Source of the DNA: the human T2T-CHM13v2.0 reference genome, Homo sapiens
Length of the DNA stretch: 64,000 nucleotides
Reading direction: 5' to 3' (one strand)
Assembly (NCBI RefSeq): GCF_009914755.1
Contig: NC_060934.1
The position numbers and the translations under genes were made by a program. Each line of letters opens with the position of its first letter. Position 1 is the first letter of the stretch. The notes under the pieces are model-generated. The model was not told where the DNA came from. It saw only the letters and a list, made by a program, of their open reading frames with translations, and did no database searches. Of this stretch, positions 36,438 through 64,000 are shown piece by piece.

Positions 36438-37589
36438 ATTTATTTTTTTAAACCAAGGGCTGGATAGGATTTGATCCGGGCTCCAGATAAAGGACTCCTA
36501 GGGAGATACCCTGGTTAGCAGAGGCAGTTAGGAGGCTACTAAAAATAGTTCAATCTAGAAATAATTAGGGCCAGAATTGTCTCCAGCAGCGGGCGGGGGT
36601 GGGGCTGGGGATGATTTGGGTAGTTATTTTGTTCTCTTCCCAGCAAGTAATTTCAGAGCAGCCCAGAGATTCATTTTCTAAACAAATGATGTTTTTCTCC
36701 CAAGACTGACAAGGATCAGACAGACCTAGGGTTGCCACTAGCACCTAGTATCTTTCAGGCTGTTTTCTTTTGTTTTTAAAGTGGATTAAAAGCTTTCAGC
36801 CTTACCTAAATCTTTGTTGCAATTGTACAGATCTGCCTAGATTTATAGCAGATGGTAGAACAGAAACAGTTCCCGACGGAATTAATCATCACATTATTAA
36901 AACAAATTTTCGAGCATTGACAAATCCCTTCGGGGTTGTCCTCCGAGTGGGCAATTCGTAACCAGCTTGGGGCGTGCTAAGATTGTAAACGTTCCTATGG
37001 AGAGCGATAACAAAGGGGCAGCAGTGACTCCGCACACAGAATTCCAAGAATCACCAGCATTCCATGTGTTCCAAGGCTAGCACAGTGCGCGCGAGGTCCG
37101 CTTTTTTAAACAGCGCGGAATCACGTGGCCGACGGCCCGCGGCGCTACTGGCCCTCGGAGTCTCCCTCTTGGCTTTGGCGCGGAACCTTTCCCCCTTTGT
37201 GGACGCGACCATTGGCCCCGCGCTCGGAGGTGGTACGGACCAACCCTACGGTCATAGATTTTCCGAGTGAAGCTTTTGACTAAGTCTCAGGAAAGCGTTA
37301 GCTACAGAATTCTAGATTCAAAAGAAATCCACCAAAAAACGCTGTGGAGGACTGGTTTTGCCTAAAAGAAAGAGCAGACCTGAACTTGACTCCTCCTACG
37401 CCCTGTGAAGGCTGCAAGGTGGTTCCGTCCGAGGCGCGGACTCCGCCCCCACGAGCGCCGCCATTTTGTTTGGCTGAGGGGAGCGAGCGGCGCTTTGGGG
37501 GAGGGGTCGCGTAGGCGCCTCACCTGACCCTGCGGCCGTGCGGTTGCTGCTCCGGGGCAGGTCTCCTTCCAGGCCAGGGGCCCGGAATC

Positions 37590-62974
<25,385 letters not shown>

Positions 62975-63022
62975 TAATACTAATTCTTAGCTTTAAACAG
63001 ATAAATTCTAACAAATCATTTA

Positions 63023-63745
<723 letters not shown>

Positions 63746-64000
63746 AAATTTATTGTCAATTATTTTATAGTTTTTTAAATAGTTGGTTTGTTCAATTAAG
63801 AGTCCAGACAGGGTTCGTACTTGATATTTAGTTGATGTCTCTGAAATGTGATCATTTGGTATATAGCAGGGGTTCTTAACCTTTTTTGCAGTGTGGACTG
63901 CTTTGGCTGTTTGAAGCATATGGATCCTTCACAATTTTTTTTTTAATTTTTAAATTTATTTTTTTTTTACTTTTTTCCACAACAAAAGCCACATTCAACA

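Overview
Primate genomic DNA, almost certainly human. The right half holds the CpG-island promoter and coding exons 1-18 of SMC3, the cohesin subunit (+ strand, ATG at 37590). All 17 complete introns are GT-AG, and the spliced exons give 1963 nt of open frame covering the N-terminal ATPase head lobe, coiled coil and hinge; the gene continues past the window end. The left 37 kb is intergenic and repeat-rich: many Alus, an old L1 3' end, MaLR/ERV LTRs, an ERVL protease remnant, and a ~3.7 kb hAT-Charlie (Buster-type) transposon fossil carrying an RPL7 processed pseudogene. It also has a near-consensus CTCF motif and a small orphan GC-rich promoter-like patch at the left edge. SMC3 introns contain a U13 snoRNA retrocopy, Tigger MITEs and a TTAA-flanked MER85 piggyBac MITE. 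I cannot support a new gene system here. The most unusual unexplained signal is a set of local inverted or templated duplications that look like replication template-switch scars. These include a perfect 91-bp inverted copy inside an Alu ~2 kb upstream of SMC3 and a ~108-nt near-perfect hairpin in intron 4. Repeat subfamily names are recalled from memory of consensus sequences, and repeat boundaries are approximate.
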